From positions 8,123 to 72,122 of the forward strand of contig CAYIVF010000001.1 in assembly GCA_964366875.1 (NCBI GenBank): DNA of 64,000 bases. Reading direction: 5' to 3'. Below the pieces are notes generated by a model, which was given only the letters and a program-made list of their open reading frames with translations, did no database searches and had not been told where the DNA came from. Made by a program: the position numbers and the translations under genes. Shown here piece after piece: positions 36,457 through 46,891 of the stretch; position 1 is the first letter of the stretch, and every line of letters starts with the position of its first letter. This stretch comes from an uncultured Candidatus Saccharibacteria bacterium. GTDB lineage: Bacteria; Patescibacteriota; Minisyncoccia; Minisyncoccales; Staskawiczbacteraceae.

Positions 36457-39162
36457 ATGAATGGAGGAGCCAATTTCACAAACAAAGCCCAGGACGTTTT
36501 GATGCAGGCCCAGCAGATAGCTCAAGAAAAAGGACAGGCGCAAATAGATGCCCTGCACCTGCTGTTTTCTTTGGTTTCACAGGAAAGCAGTATTATCATA
36601 ACTATTTTGCAAAAATTGGGAGTTGACATTGAATCTTTACAGAAAAAAGTTGAGATACAGATTGGAAAGATTCCAACCATTTCAACTCCGGCAGCTTTTG
36701 GCCAGTTTTATTTAACCCAGGATATGGCAAAGGTTTTAGACAGAGCCAGGCAAGAGGCAATAAAAATGAATGACGAATTCATATCGGTTGAGCATTTATT
36801 TTTAGCATTGCTTGATACAAAATCAACTGCCAAAGATGTTTTAGAAAAAGTATCATTTTTAACTTCGGGGGAGGCGAATTCTTTGAAAACGTCAAAATTG
36901 GATTATGATGCGGTTTTAAAAATACTTTCTCAAATAAGAGGCGGCCAAAGAATTACCGACCCGGAGCCGGAATCAAAATACCAAGTAGTTGAAAAATACA
37001 CAAGAAATCTGACAAACTTGGCTGCATCGGGAAAAATTGACCCGATTATCGGCAGAGATAACGAGATAAGAAGATTAATGCAGATAATTTCAAGAAGAAC
37101 AAAAAACAACCCTGTGTTGATTGGCGAGGCCGGAGTTGGAAAAACAGCTATTGTTGAGGGTTTTGCCCAAAGGATTGCCAGGGGCAATGTTCCGGAGTTT
37201 TTAAAAAACAAAGAAATAATTTCTTTGGATTTAGGAGCCATAATCGCGGGAACTAAATACAGAGGCGAGTTTGAAACAAGAATAAAGGCGTTATTAAAAG
37301 AGGTGGTCAGAGCGGCTGGAAAATACATTTTATTTATTGACGAACTGCATACCTTGGTGGGGGCAGGGGCGGCGGAAGGGGCGATTGACGCTTCAAATTT
37401 ATTAAAGCCGGCTTTGGCGCGTGGAGAGTTGAGGGCAATTGGAGCCACCACCTTAAAAGAATATCAAAAATACATTGAAAAAGACCCGGCATTAGAAAGA
37501 AGGTTCCAGCCGATTTATGTTCAAGAGCCAAATATTGATGACGCCACAGCCATTCTCCGCGGCATTAAAGAAAAATACGAAGTTCATCATGGCGTAAGAA
37601 TAAAAGATTCTGCCATTAAAGCCGCTGTTGAGTTAGCCAACCGCTATATTTCAGACAGATTTTTGCCGGATAAAGCGGTTGATTTGATGGATGAAGCTGC
37701 TTCAGCTTTAAGGTTGGAAATTGAATCTCAGCCGCAGGAAATTGAAAAGTATAACGAAGAGATTACGAAGCTGGAAATTGAAAAGCAAGCCCTGAAAAAA
37801 GAAGGCGGCTCTGAAAGGAGATTAAAAGCCATTGCCAGGGAGCTGGCTGACTTAAAAGAAAAAACAAAAGGGTTAAAAGCCAAATGGGACGCAGAAAAAG
37901 AGTTAATTGACAAGATTAAAAATATCAGGGAAAAAATAGACAATCTTTCTTACCAGACAGAAATTGCCCAGAGGGAAGCTGATTTAGAAAAAGTGGCGGA
38001 AATAAAATATGGGAAAATTCCCGAATTATTAAAAGAGCAGAAGCAAACAGAGCAAAAATTGATAAAACTTCAGCAGACGCATCACTTTTTGAAAGAAGAA
38101 GTTACAGAAGAAGATGTGGCTCGAGTTGTTTCACTCTGGACGGGAATTCCGGTCACCCGTTTAATCACAGAAGAAGCAAAGAAACTTGAAACAATGGAAA
38201 CTACTTTGAATAGAAGAGTAATTGGTCAGGAAGAGGCAATTTCAGCCATATCAAGAGCTATAAGAAGAGCAAGGGCCGGCATATCTGAAGAAAACAAACC
38301 CCTTGGTTCTTTTATGTTTTTGGGTCCCACCGGCGTTGGCAAAACAGAAACCGCCAGAGCATTAGCTGAGTTTTTGTTTGACGACGAAAAAGCAATGATT
38401 CGCCTTGATATGTCTGAATATATGGAGCGTCATACGGTTTCTAAAATAATCGGCTCTCCTCCGGGATATGTAGGCTATGAAGAAGCAGGCCAATTAACAG
38501 AAAAAGTAAGACGCAGGCCCTACTCTGTGATTTTATTGGACGAAGTTGAAAAAGCGCACCCTGAAGTGTTTAATATTTTGCTTCAAATTTTTGAAGACGG
38601 CCGTTTGACCGATTCCAAAGGCAGAGCCGTGTCTTTTAAAAACACCATTATTATAATGACGTCAAACCTGGGCTCTGACTACATAAATAAAATGTCTTCT
38701 ATAGGATTTAATACCAAAGAAGAAATTGCCGAAAGAGAATCAATGAGAGAAAAAATAATGGACTCCTTAAAAGAAGCGTTCAGGCCAGAGTTTTTAAACC
38801 GTCTTGACGAAGTTGTCATATTCAATTATCTGACAAAGCCGGAAATAAAGAAGATTGTGGATTTGGAATTGTCAAAAGTTGAAAAGAGATTAAAGGCTAA
38901 AGAAATTAGAATTCAGATTTCTGAAAAGGCAAAAGAATTATTGGTAAAAGAAGGATTTGACCCAAACCTGGGGGCCCGCCCGTTAAAGAGAGTTATTCAG
39001 AGATTAATTTTAGACCCTTTGTCTATAAAAATAGTTACCAATGAAATTTCCGAAGGCAGTAATATTTTAATTGATGAAAACCTCGGAAAAATTGTTTTTG
39101 ATTTGCCTAAAATTCTCATTCATCCAAAAGACCTGCCCAAGCTGGCAAAAGCCAAGAAATAA
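36457..39162 (+). CDS. clpB: Chaperone ClpB (AAA+ disaggregase)
   Basis: 901 aa. Clp N-domain, two AAA+ modules ([16 protein letters not shown]), long coiled-coil M-domain, sensor motifs. Confidence 0.9.
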   Translation: MNGGANFTNKAQDVLMQAQQIAQEKGQAQIDALHLLFSLVSQESSIIITILQKLGVDIESLQKKVEIQIGKIPTISTPAAFGQFYLTQDMAKVLDRARQEAIKMNDEFISVEHLFLALLDTKSTAKDVLEKVSFLTSGEANSLKTSKLDYDAVLKILSQIRGGQRITDPEPESKYQVVEKYTRNLTNLAASGKIDPIIGRDNEIRRLMQIISRRTKNNPVLIGEAGVGKTAIVEGFAQRIARGNVPEFLKNKEIISLDLGAIIAGTKYRGEFETRIKALLKEVVRAAGKYILFIDELHTLVGAGAAEGAIDASNLLKPALARGELRAIGATTLKEYQKYIEKDPALERRFQPIYVQEPNIDDATAILRGIKEKYEVHHGVRIKDSAIKAAVELANRYISDRFLPDKAVDLMDEAASALRLEIESQPQEIEKYNEEITKLEIEKQALKKEGGSERRLKAIARELADLKEKTKGLKAKWDAEKELIDKIKNIREKIDNLSYQTEIAQREADLEKVAEIKYGKIPELLKEQKQTEQKLIKLQQTHHFLKEEVTEEDVARVVSLWTGIPVTRLITEEAKKLETMETTLNRRVIGQEEAISAISRAIRRARAGISEENKPLGSFMFLGPTGVGKTETARALAEFLFDDEKAMIRLDMSEYMERHTVSKIIGSPPGYVGYEEAGQLTEKVRRRPYSVILLDEVEKAHPEVFNILLQIFEDGRLTDSKGRAVSFKNTIIIMTSNLGSDYINKMSSIGFNTKEEIAERESMREKIMDSLKEAFRPEFLNRLDEVVIFNYLTKPEIKKIVDLELSKVEKRLKAKEIRIQISEKAKELLVKEGFDPNLGARPLKRVIQRLILDPLSIKIVTNEISEGSNILIDENLGKIVFDLPKILIHPKDLPKLAKAKK

Positions 39163-39182
39163 AAAGTATAATTGCGTATGGC

Positions 39183-39210
39183 TTGACACAGGTTTATATG
39201 GGTATATAAT
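39183..39210 (+). promoter_or_regulatory. Consensus sigma70 promoter TTGACA-16-TATAAT immediately upstream of the clpB terminator hairpin
   Basis: TTGACA 39183-39188, TATAAT 39205-39210; predicted start site about 10 nt before the terminator stem at 39228. Confidence 0.45.
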
Positions 39211-39227
39211 ATAATTAATATGAACAC

Positions 39228-39258
39228 TACCCCTGCTTCGGCAAGGGTAGTTTTTTAT
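39228..39258 (+). terminator. Intrinsic terminator (ctacccctgc-ttcg-gcaagggtag + ttttttatttt)
   Basis: GC-rich stem, UUCG tetraloop, T-run. Confidence 0.75.
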
Positions 39259-39284
39259 TTTAGATAGTAGTATAATTATTTTAC

Positions 39285-39851
39285 ATGAATAATTCTAAAA
39301 CCGAAGAAAAGGTTGCTGTTTATATAGATGGAAGCAATTTTTACGGCTACTTAAAAGATAAAGAAATAAATTTTCCACATGGTGTTAAGTTTGATTTCAA
39401 AACTTTTGTGGATTTTTTAATTGGTGAGAGAAAATGTGTTTCAAAAAGATATTATACCGGAGTTTTTAGAAACATAGATGGAACCGAAAAAAGTCAAAAA
39501 TTAGTTTATGGACAGCAAAAATTCTTTACAAATCTTGAAAAGGATGGATTCAAAATAAAACGTGGTAGAATCATGCCCACTGGCGGAACATACAAAGAAA
39601 AAGGCACCGATGTTAAAATTGCGGTAGATTTAATAGTTGGCGCTGTTGATAATATGTATGATGTGGCTATTTTAATAAGTTCTGATACGGATTTAATTCC
39701 TGCTATTAGTTATATTAAATACAAAGAGAAAAAACTTGAATATGTTGGTTTTGCCCATGCCCCATCTTTAGGAATGCAAAAATATGCAAATATATCAAGG
39801 CTTTTGTTGCCGGAGGATATAGAAAAATTCAAAGAGAAAACTTTGTTATAA
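39285..39851 (+). CDS. NYN-domain (LabA-like) protein
   Basis: 188 aa. VAVYIDGSNF...ISSDTDLIPA is the characteristic NYN/PIN-like acidic motif arrangement. Confidence 0.7.
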   Translation: MNNSKTEEKVAVYIDGSNFYGYLKDKEINFPHGVKFDFKTFVDFLIGERKCVSKRYYTGVFRNIDGTEKSQKLVYGQQKFFTNLEKDGFKIKRGRIMPTGGTYKEKGTDVKIAVDLIVGAVDNMYDVAILISSDTDLIPAISYIKYKEKKLEYVGFAHAPSLGMQKYANISRLLLPEDIEKFKEKTLL

Positions 39852-40130
39852 TTTTATTAAACAGGTTCTAACGCTGTCCATTATTTCTTCAGGGCGTTTA
39901 ATAGCCCCCTCTTTTTTGTCTTAATTTGCATAGTTTTTAATAAAAGGTGTATAATATATTAACTACTGCAATTATATGCTAAAGCTTTCTAAAAAAAATT
40001 GGGTTTTTGTGTTTATATCAATTTTTCTCATTGGTTTTGCGCTGGGATACCTTGCAATAACCTTTGTGTCGTACAAAAATCCAAGAAACAATCAAAATTT
40101 TTGGCAAATATTAAGCCCTTTTTAGGGTGA

Positions 40131-40157
40131 TTTCTACTTAGCTTAGCTAAGTAGAAA
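40131..40157. promoter_or_regulatory. 27-bp perfect palindrome tttctacttagct-t-agctaagtagaaa overlapping the RBS region of the 40168 gene
   Basis: 13-bp arms, single central nt, zero mismatches; ends 10 bp before ATG 40168. Confidence 0.55.
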
Positions 40158-40167
40158 CTTAAAACTT

Positions 40168-40725
40168 ATGTTTAAAGAAATTTCAAAATACATAGGAGTT
40201 GCTGTGATAGGTTTTTTAGTTTTTTATTTAGGATACATAGCTGGCTGGGAAGCAAAACATTATTTGGACAACTGGAAAATCCTCAGAAAAGTGGACGCAT
40301 TTAATAATGCAATTATTCAAATGTTTAAAAACGACACCTTCGGCGGCAAAACCCCGGAAGAAACATATAATTTATTCGTTGACGCCTTAAAAAAACAAGA
40401 CGTTGAATTAGCCGTGAAGTATTTTATTCTTGATGCAGAAAGGCGAGCAAGATACAAAAAAGAGTTTAATGATAAAAAACAAAAAGGCGAATTGGAAAAA
40501 TACGCTAATGCTTTTCCCAAATGGGAAGAGTTTACCCAAGTTAAAGACCAAGAAAATGACTGGGAAAGTCAAGCAGAAGTTCGGTTCTCTAAAACGATTG
40601 ATAAAGCCATGATTATTTATGATTCTTTGTTGGGAAAAGAAAGGGAAATTCAACCAGGGACATATCTTCAACAGGATATAATTTTTACCAAAAACATAAA
40701 TATCTGGAAAATAAGCTCGCTATAA
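40168..40725 (+). CDS. Hypothetical membrane-anchored protein
   Basis: 185 aa. N-terminal TM (IGVAVIGFLVFYLGYIAGW); no recognisable domain. Confidence 0.45.
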   Translation: MFKEISKYIGVAVIGFLVFYLGYIAGWEAKHYLDNWKILRKVDAFNNAIIQMFKNDTFGGKTPEETYNLFVDALKKQDVELAVKYFILDAERRARYKKEFNDKKQKGELEKYANAFPKWEEFTQVKDQENDWESQAEVRFSKTIDKAMIIYDSLLGKEREIQPGTYLQQDIIFTKNINIWKISSL

Positions 40726-40727
40726 AC

Positions 40728-43700
40728 ATGAGCAAAAAACAAAGTATAATCTTTTTTACAGTTCTACTGATAGTATCAGCGGGGCTGTTTTTTGTTTTTA
40801 ACAACAATACAGAAGCTTACGGAACAGGCAGTACGCATCCTTTTTTAACAAAACAAATAGCTAATTTATACAACGCAATTTATACTCCAAAACTTACTGA
40901 CGAACAAATAAAGCAAATGATAGAGGGCAGTGTTGATGAAGATACTATGCCAAGGTGGATAAACCATTTTTACGACCCCACAACTGGAGACGGCTTGCTC
41001 GGTAAGCGCTTAGGGGATTTGCCGTCAGAAGATATAATAGGATTTATCAAAGTGGTTTTTAACGAGATTCCATCTTCAACTTTAGATTGGGTTCATAACC
41101 AGGAACTGCAGCAAAACAGCTATGCTTTGTTTGAAGGCAACAGAACATTTGAAAGCGCTGCCTTGTCTTATGTAGACAATAAAAACAGCGAGGCATATTA
41201 TAATTTGGGCTATGTTTTGCATAATATTGAAGATATGGCAGTGCCAGCTCATACCAGACAGGACAGCCATTTTGATATGCAAATTCCAGACATTATACAA
41301 AACCAATTGCCTATAAAACTTGATAAAGGAGAACCGTATGAAAAATGGGCAGAAAGCTATACAAGATATAATCCAATTGATTTAGCGGAAACTCTAAAAA
41401 AGGATTATAAACCAATATGCGATTCTTTGGATAATTGCTTAAGAACTTTAGCTGAATATTCTAATGAAACCTTTTTTAGTAGCGATACAATCAAGGATGA
41501 GGAGTATAATTTGCCTAAAATAACTTATGTTATAGACAAAAAAGATGGAGAGGCGGGAGATATAATCAGCACTTATTTTTCATCAGATAATACTCCTCTT
41601 GCTAGAGCGAAAATTAACATAGATCTTGGAGAAATTGAGGGTCCATCATTAAAATATTCAGATATTCATCAAGCCTACTGGGATAGATTAGCGCCGAAAG
41701 CTGTGTTGGCTGGGGTTGAAGTGATTAGATATTTTCAAGACCAGGCAGAAAAAGCAAAGAAAGGAGAAATTACTATTAATAGGGTATCAGAAACAATTAA
41801 TCCTATTGAAGATTTAAAAAACTTCTCGCCTTATGGCCAATTTGTTTTAATGTACAACGAAGGCAAAGCATCTGTTCAGGATTTTTGGGACAGACTGAAA
41901 AATTTACCTAGCGATTTTGCTTCACATTTTACAGATACTTTGAATGAAGGCAAGGCATCTGCGCAGGATTTTTGGCATAAATTAACTAACTTCGGAAACG
42001 ATATCACAAGCAAGTTTAATGATTTGTTAGACGGGCTTGGCATAAGGGCATTTTTAACATCAATTTTGCCTGGTTTTGCTTTACAGGAGTCAAATTCAGA
42101 AAACAGTAATGCAAATGATAATTCTGCGGGTAATAATCAAGTAAATCAAGACATAGTTAATTTAACAGATTACACAGGCGCAGGCGGACCCAGTCCAGCT
42201 TTAACAACAGACCAAGAAAGGCAGGATTTATTAGATGATATCGCAGAACAGTTAGATATTATAGCCCAGCAAGTGCGAGAGTTGCAGAATAAGCGTCAGC
42301 GGCAAAACCTCGGCCAAACTCCAAATCCTAATCAAAATTCAGACACTCAGAATAGCCAGAGCAATAATCAGAATACGAATAATAACATCAATAGCAGTGG
42401 TAGTGGCAATAGCAGTAGTGGAGGCGGCGGAGGCAGTTCAATAGTTTTTCCTAAAATATTGATTTCTGAGGCGCAGGCTGCAAGCATCACAGATTCAAAA
42501 GAGGAGTTTGTTGAATTATATAATCCAAATGACGCAGAGGTTGATTTAACCAGCTGGTATTTGCAGAGAAAAACAACTGCTGGTTCTGATTATTCAACTT
42601 TTGCTCCAAACACTTTGTTTTCCGGCAAAAAGATAGGAGCTAAGGGATATTTTGTTATCGCTAGAACAGGATATTTTTCAAGCATAGCAGATATTTTAGT
42701 TGATGCTCCAATTACAGACGACAATTCTTTTGTATTGAAAAATCCCAATGGAGAGGTCTCTGATAAATTAGGTTTTGGCCAAGCGCAGGATTATGAATCA
42801 GTTTCAGCTTCAAATCCGGGAGCTGGCCAAAGCATAGGCAGAAAAGTTTTGACTGACGACACAGAGCAGGATACTGATAATAATTCTGCGGATTTTGAAC
42901 TGCAGAGCCCGACGCCAAAAGTAAAAAACAGCACGCTTATTGCGCCGCCTCTACCGCCACTTCCTGTAGACACATTAGCTCCGCAGATTGCATTCAACTT
43001 AAATGCTGTGCAAACTGACCTTAGTTTTGCAATTGATTTTACTATTACAGACCCTTTGGACACAGTATCACCCTCAGGAATAGACAGATATGTTTTTCGC
43101 TGGCAGGAGCAGGGAGGCAGCTGGCAGGAAGATGCGCCTGCAGAAGTTAGAGGCCCGTCCTCCATGGATATTGCGAGAGATTTTACTGGCGAGGATGAAA
43201 AAACATATTATTTTCAGGCAAAAGCCAGGGATATAGCTGGCAATGAATCAGATTGGTTGCCCGAAACTCCGGCTTTCACAAAAATAAGAATTCCCAAAAA
43301 GATTGTTATAAACGAAATACAAACTGACAGCATTGTTGACCCCGGAGGAACAAACAACGATTGGGTTGAGCTGTATAATCCAAATAATGCAGATGTTTCT
43401 TTAACTGACTGGTCTTTGCAAAAACATAGCAAAGACGACCCTTGTTCTTTGGATGCGGCATTTAAAAAGATAAATTTTCCCGATGATGCTGTAATTACAG
43501 CCAAAAGTTATTTTCTGATTGTTAGAAATAGCGCCAATCAAGAATTATTAGATATAGCTGATATAACATCGTCTTATTTGCAACTAAGCGCGGATAATAC
43601 AATTTATTTGGTTAGAAATCAAGACAAAATTGAGAGCGATGCAGATACCGATATTGCAGATAAAGTTGGGTTTGGCTCAGCTTGTTATAGCGAAACCAGC

Positions 43701-46010
43701 CCAGCGCCAGCTCCGCCAGAAGCTAAAAGCATTGAAAGAAGAATACCAAGTCAGGATACAGACAATAATAGCCAGGACTTTAAAATTTCAGATGAACCTA
43801 CCCCTAGGGCAGGTTCGCCAAAGACATTTATAGAAGATGCCACCAATTATGAAACTTGCGGCGGCAGCAGTTTGCCTGGAACACTTTATTGTTATCTTAA
43901 AATTAAATGGTGGAGCCCCAGTCTGGTATCTTCATATCAGATTCAGTACAAATTAAACAACGTTGACTGGAAGGATTGGTTAGCGGATACAACTGCAACA
44001 GAAGGAACTCTCCAGACCCCGTATTCTTTATTTAACGACAATATTTATCGTTTTAGAGTAAGGGCAAAAGATACGGAAGGAAATATAGGGGATTGGGCAG
44101 AGATAGAGAAAGAGGTTGAGCTTGTAAATCCGGTGTCTATAAACGAGGTGGCGCTATTTGGCACAAATTCCTCAAGAGATGACCAATGGGTTGAACTTTA
44201 TAACAAAAGCGACAAGGATGTGGATTTGACTGGCTGGAAACTTGTTTCAGACAGCGGGACGATTGAGCTTGAAGGAACAATTTTAGCTAAAGGGTATTTC
44301 CTGTTGGAGAGAAATGACACAAATTTTACAGAGACCTTGGGAACCAGTAGTCTTAATTTGATAAATGAAAATAGCAGGTTTATAGATCAGATTTATGCGC
44401 CCCAAGGCGGCTGGACGAGCGATAGATTTATAATAGAAGATAATTATTACACATTAGAGAGGATAAGCCCTTACTCTTTTGGAATGGATGATAAAAATTG
44501 GAGAATAAATAACGGGATAGCTAACGGAACCCCAGCTCGCCAAAATAGCGTTTATCAGATTTATACTTCTTATTATTTAGGTTTCGAAGAAGACACAATT
44601 CTTAGAAAAGAATTAAGTCCATATTTGTTTTGGGGGCCTTGGATGTGGGTTTTTAAGAATCATACTCTAACCATTGAGCCGGGAACTATTATTAAGTTTT
44701 CTAATGGCGGTTTAACCATAGGGGGCACTTTAAAAGCAATAGGAACTCCAGATCAAAAAATCATTTTTACCTCTTTTATGGATGATGATTGCGGCACAAC
44801 TCCGGCCTGTGGCGATACTGATGGCGATGCCGGTATATCGCAGCCAAATCCCGGAAATTGGTTTGGCATTTATCTTACTAAAGACAGCACTGGCTCGGAA
44901 TTAGAAAATGTTAACATCCGTTATGCTGGAGGTTACTTTGGTAATGATTTCGGCGCTGCCATTAAAGCCGACCGGTCAGATTTTTCTTTGAAAGATTCTG
45001 TTATTGAAAAAAACAGCAACAATGGATTGCGGCTTATTGATTCTCATTCTATTGTTGACTCTGTGCGGTTCCTTGAGAATAAAACTGCAGAATGGCCCAG
45101 TGCAGCAAAAGCAATTTATATAGAAGGCGAAAATCCAGAAATTAGAAATAGTTATTTTAAGGATAATAAATACGGTATTTTTATTACTCATTGGTATGAC
45201 TCAGAAAAAGACATAAGGGTGCCGGCCATTCCTGTGATTGAAAATAATATTTTTGAGGAAAATAGCACTCCTATATGGATCGGTTCTTATTCTCACCCCT
45301 CTTTAACAAATAATTCCGGGACAAATAATGACCGTAACGCAATTGTGTTTTCAGGTCCAGTTGAAGAAGATACGACTCTAAAGCCAGATATTCTGCCATA
45401 TTTTATAGAAATAATGGTGACTGTTTCCCAAGGTGCAACTTTAACCGTTGAGCCGGGAACTATTGTTAAGTTTTCTAATTCTGGTTTAATTATAGACGGA
45501 ACGTTAAAAGCAGTAGGAACTCCAGACTCCCCAATAATTTTTAAACCATACTTTGAAGAGGACCGGGTGTCGCCCGGAAATTGGCTTGGCATTTATTTCA
45601 CTAAAAACAGCGTTAATTCGGAGCTGGAAAATGTAGATATAAGTTATGCTGGAGGATATTTCGGCAGTGATTTTGGAGCTGCGATTAGAGTTGACCAGTC
45701 GTCTATTTTTTTGAAAAACTCTAAATTGTGGAAAAACGCTAACAACGGAGTCCGGCTGATTGGCTCGGCTTCAGTCATTGATAACGTGAAATTTTTTGAG
45801 CATAGGATTCCGAGCGAAAATGCCAGCGCCGTTTTAATACAAGGCGGAGCTCCGGAAATAAAAAATTCGCATTTTCAAGGTCAAGTCTACGGGATTTATA
45901 AAAACACATGTCCTATGGCAAACCTGCACACATCAGACCCTGAAGATCCAGAGAGAAATTATTTTATAGACAGTGAGATAATGGATATTTTTGACCCAAC
46001 TCCGCCTTAA
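40728..46010 (+). CDS. Giant surface protein: N-terminal zinc-dependent phospholipase C-like domain, low-complexity linker, three lamin-tail (LTD) domains, two tandem right-handed beta-helix modules
   Basis: 1760 aa. N-terminal TM/signal. PLC-like signatures NHFYDPTTGDGL and YVLHNIEDMAVPAHT (cf. Bacillus PLC SHFYDPDNG, HYLGDVNQPMHA). LTD repeats (EEFVELYNPNDAEVDLTSWYL, NDWVELYNPNNADVSLTDWSL, DQWVELYNKSDKDVDLTGWKL). Two ~250-aa modules about 70% identical (LTIEPGTIIKFSNGGL... / LTVEPGTIVKFSNSGL...). Confidence 0.7.
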   Translation: MSKKQSIIFFTVLLIVSAGLFFVFNNNTEAYGTGSTHPFLTKQIANLYNAIYTPKLTDEQIKQMIEGSVDEDTMPRWINHFYDPTTGDGLLGKRLGDLPSEDIIGFIKVVFNEIPSSTLDWVHNQELQQNSYALFEGNRTFESAALSYVDNKNSEAYYNLGYVLHNIEDMAVPAHTRQDSHFDMQIPDIIQNQLPIKLDKGEPYEKWAESYTRYNPIDLAETLKKDYKPICDSLDNCLRTLAEYSNETFFSSDTIKDEEYNLPKITYVIDKKDGEAGDIISTYFSSDNTPLARAKINIDLGEIEGPSLKYSDIHQAYWDRLAPKAVLAGVEVIRYFQDQAEKAKKGEITINRVSETINPIEDLKNFSPYGQFVLMYNEGKASVQDFWDRLKNLPSDFASHFTDTLNEGKASAQDFWHKLTNFGNDITSKFNDLLDGLGIRAFLTSILPGFALQESNSENSNANDNSAGNNQVNQDIVNLTDYTGAGGPSPALTTDQERQDLLDDIAEQLDIIAQQVRELQNKRQRQNLGQTPNPNQNSDTQNSQSNNQNTNNNINSSGSGNSSSGGGGGSSIVFPKILISEAQAASITDSKEEFVELYNPNDAEVDLTSWYLQRKTTAGSDYSTFAPNTLFSGKKIGAKGYFVIARTGYFSSIADILVDAPITDDNSFVLKNPNGEVSDKLGFGQAQDYESVSASNPGAGQSIGRKVLTDDTEQDTDNNSADFELQSPTPKVKNSTLIAPPLPPLPVDTLAPQIAFNLNAVQTDLSFAIDFTITDPLDTVSPSGIDRYVFRWQEQGGSWQEDAPAEVRGPSSMDIARDFTGEDEKTYYFQAKARDIAGNESDWLPETPAFTKIRIPKKIVINEIQTDSIVDPGGTNNDWVELYNPNNADVSLTDWSLQKHSKDDPCSLDAAFKKINFPDDAVITAKSYFLIVRNSANQELLDIADITSSYLQLSADNTIYLVRNQDKIESDADTDIADKVGFGSACYSETSPAPAPPEAKSIERRIPSQDTDNNSQDFKISDEPTPRAGSPKTFIEDATNYETCGGSSLPGTLYCYLKIKWWSPSLVSSYQIQYKLNNVDWKDWLADTTATEGTLQTPYSLFNDNIYRFRVRAKDTEGNIGDWAEIEKEVELVNPVSINEVALFGTNSSRDDQWVELYNKSDKDVDLTGWKLVSDSGTIELEGTILAKGYFLLERNDTNFTETLGTSSLNLINENSRFIDQIYAPQGGWTSDRFIIEDNYYTLERISPYSFGMDDKNWRINNGIANGTPARQNSVYQIYTSYYLGFEEDTILRKELSPYLFWGPWMWVFKNHTLTIEPGTIIKFSNGGLTIGGTLKAIGTPDQKIIFTSFMDDDCGTTPACGDTDGDAGISQPNPGNWFGIYLTKDSTGSELENVNIRYAGGYFGNDFGAAIKADRSDFSLKDSVIEKNSNNGLRLIDSHSIVDSVRFLENKTAEWPSAAKAIYIEGENPEIRNSYFKDNKYGIFITHWYDSEKDIRVPAIPVIENNIFEENSTPIWIGSYSHPSLTNNSGTNNDRNAIVFSGPVEEDTTLKPDILPYFIEIMVTVSQGATLTVEPGTIVKFSNSGLIIDGTLKAVGTPDSPIIFKPYFEEDRVSPGNWLGIYFTKNSVNSELENVDISYAGGYFGSDFGAAIRVDQSSIFLKNSKLWKNANNGVRLIGSASVIDNVKFFEHRIPSENASAVLIQGGAPEIKNSHFQGQVYGIYKNTCPMANLHTSDPEDPERNYFIDSEIMDIFDPTPP

Positions 46011-46022
46011 CGCCCAGTATAA

Positions 46023-46031
46023 TTATCCACA
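46023..46031 (+). promoter_or_regulatory. Perfect DnaA box TTATCCACA in a hairpin-forming intergenic region
   Basis: Exact consensus 9-mer within ccacagg...cctgtgg inverted repeat. Confidence 0.35.
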
Positions 46032-46136
46032 GGTGAAACTCGCAGGAACCTGTGGTACAATAATTAAATTCTTAATTTTAAGAGAAAGTATTTTTGTACT
46101 TTGACTTTTCGTTTGTTTTTTGATAGTTTGAGAGGA

Positions 46137-46751
46137 ATGGAAGATAGATTTGTCAAGCTTACAAATGCAGTTTATAAGGTGCTGGAATTTTTTCCAGAGG
46201 CAGACCCATTAAAAAACAGGGCAAAAGACAAAACCTTGGTGATAATGGATAATTTGTCTTTGGTTTTTGGCACCGAGGGCTGGGCGTCTATGCAAAAAGA
46301 AAGCGCTAAACACTGGCTTTCAGAAGATATTGATTTACTTTTAAGCTATTTGAAAATAGGGGAAAAACAGGGCTGGCTTAGCCCAATCAATTATATTATA
46401 ATCTCCAACGAATACGAAAAGCTCAAGAAAGAAATAAGACCCGTCAGCGGGTACCCCGCAAAAGAGATAACTCAAAAATTACCGAATATGGAGTCAGTAT
46501 TATTAGATAATGTAGTTACAGAACCCCAAAAACCAAAAGTTTTAAACCTTTCAACCCGCCAAACAAAAATACTCAAATTTTTAGAAGAAAAAGAAACAGC
46601 CCAAGTTATGGACCTGCAAACGGTTCTGCCAGATATTACCAAGAGAACAATAAGAAGAGATTTGGATGAGTTATTAAAAATGGGTAAAATAACCAGGATA
46701 GGGGAATGGAATCAGGTGGTATATAAAATAGCGGAAAAACCAATAGTTTAG
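46137..46751 (+). CDS. Hypothetical protein with C-terminal winged-HTH (DeoR-like) domain
   Basis: Track ORF from 46101; likely start MEDRFV at 46137 after AGAGGA. C-terminal LSTRQTKILKFLEEKETAQVMDLQTVLPDITKRTIRRDLDELLKMGKI. Confidence 0.5.
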   Translation: MEDRFVKLTNAVYKVLEFFPEADPLKNRAKDKTLVIMDNLSLVFGTEGWASMQKESAKHWLSEDIDLLLSYLKIGEKQGWLSPINYIIISNEYEKLKKEIRPVSGYPAKEITQKLPNMESVLLDNVVTEPQKPKVLNLSTRQTKILKFLEEKETAQVMDLQTVLPDITKRTIRRDLDELLKMGKITRIGEWNQVVYKIAEKPIV

Positions 46752-46891
46752 ATAGGACAAAGGGTTTGTCCTATTAAATAATATGTTTTGTCCTATCAAA
46801 TCTCCTTGACGAAGCTAAGGAGAAAATAAGCCTAAATAAGCCTAAAAACTTGATTTTTTACGATATTTGTATTAAAGTATAGTCTTAGCAG

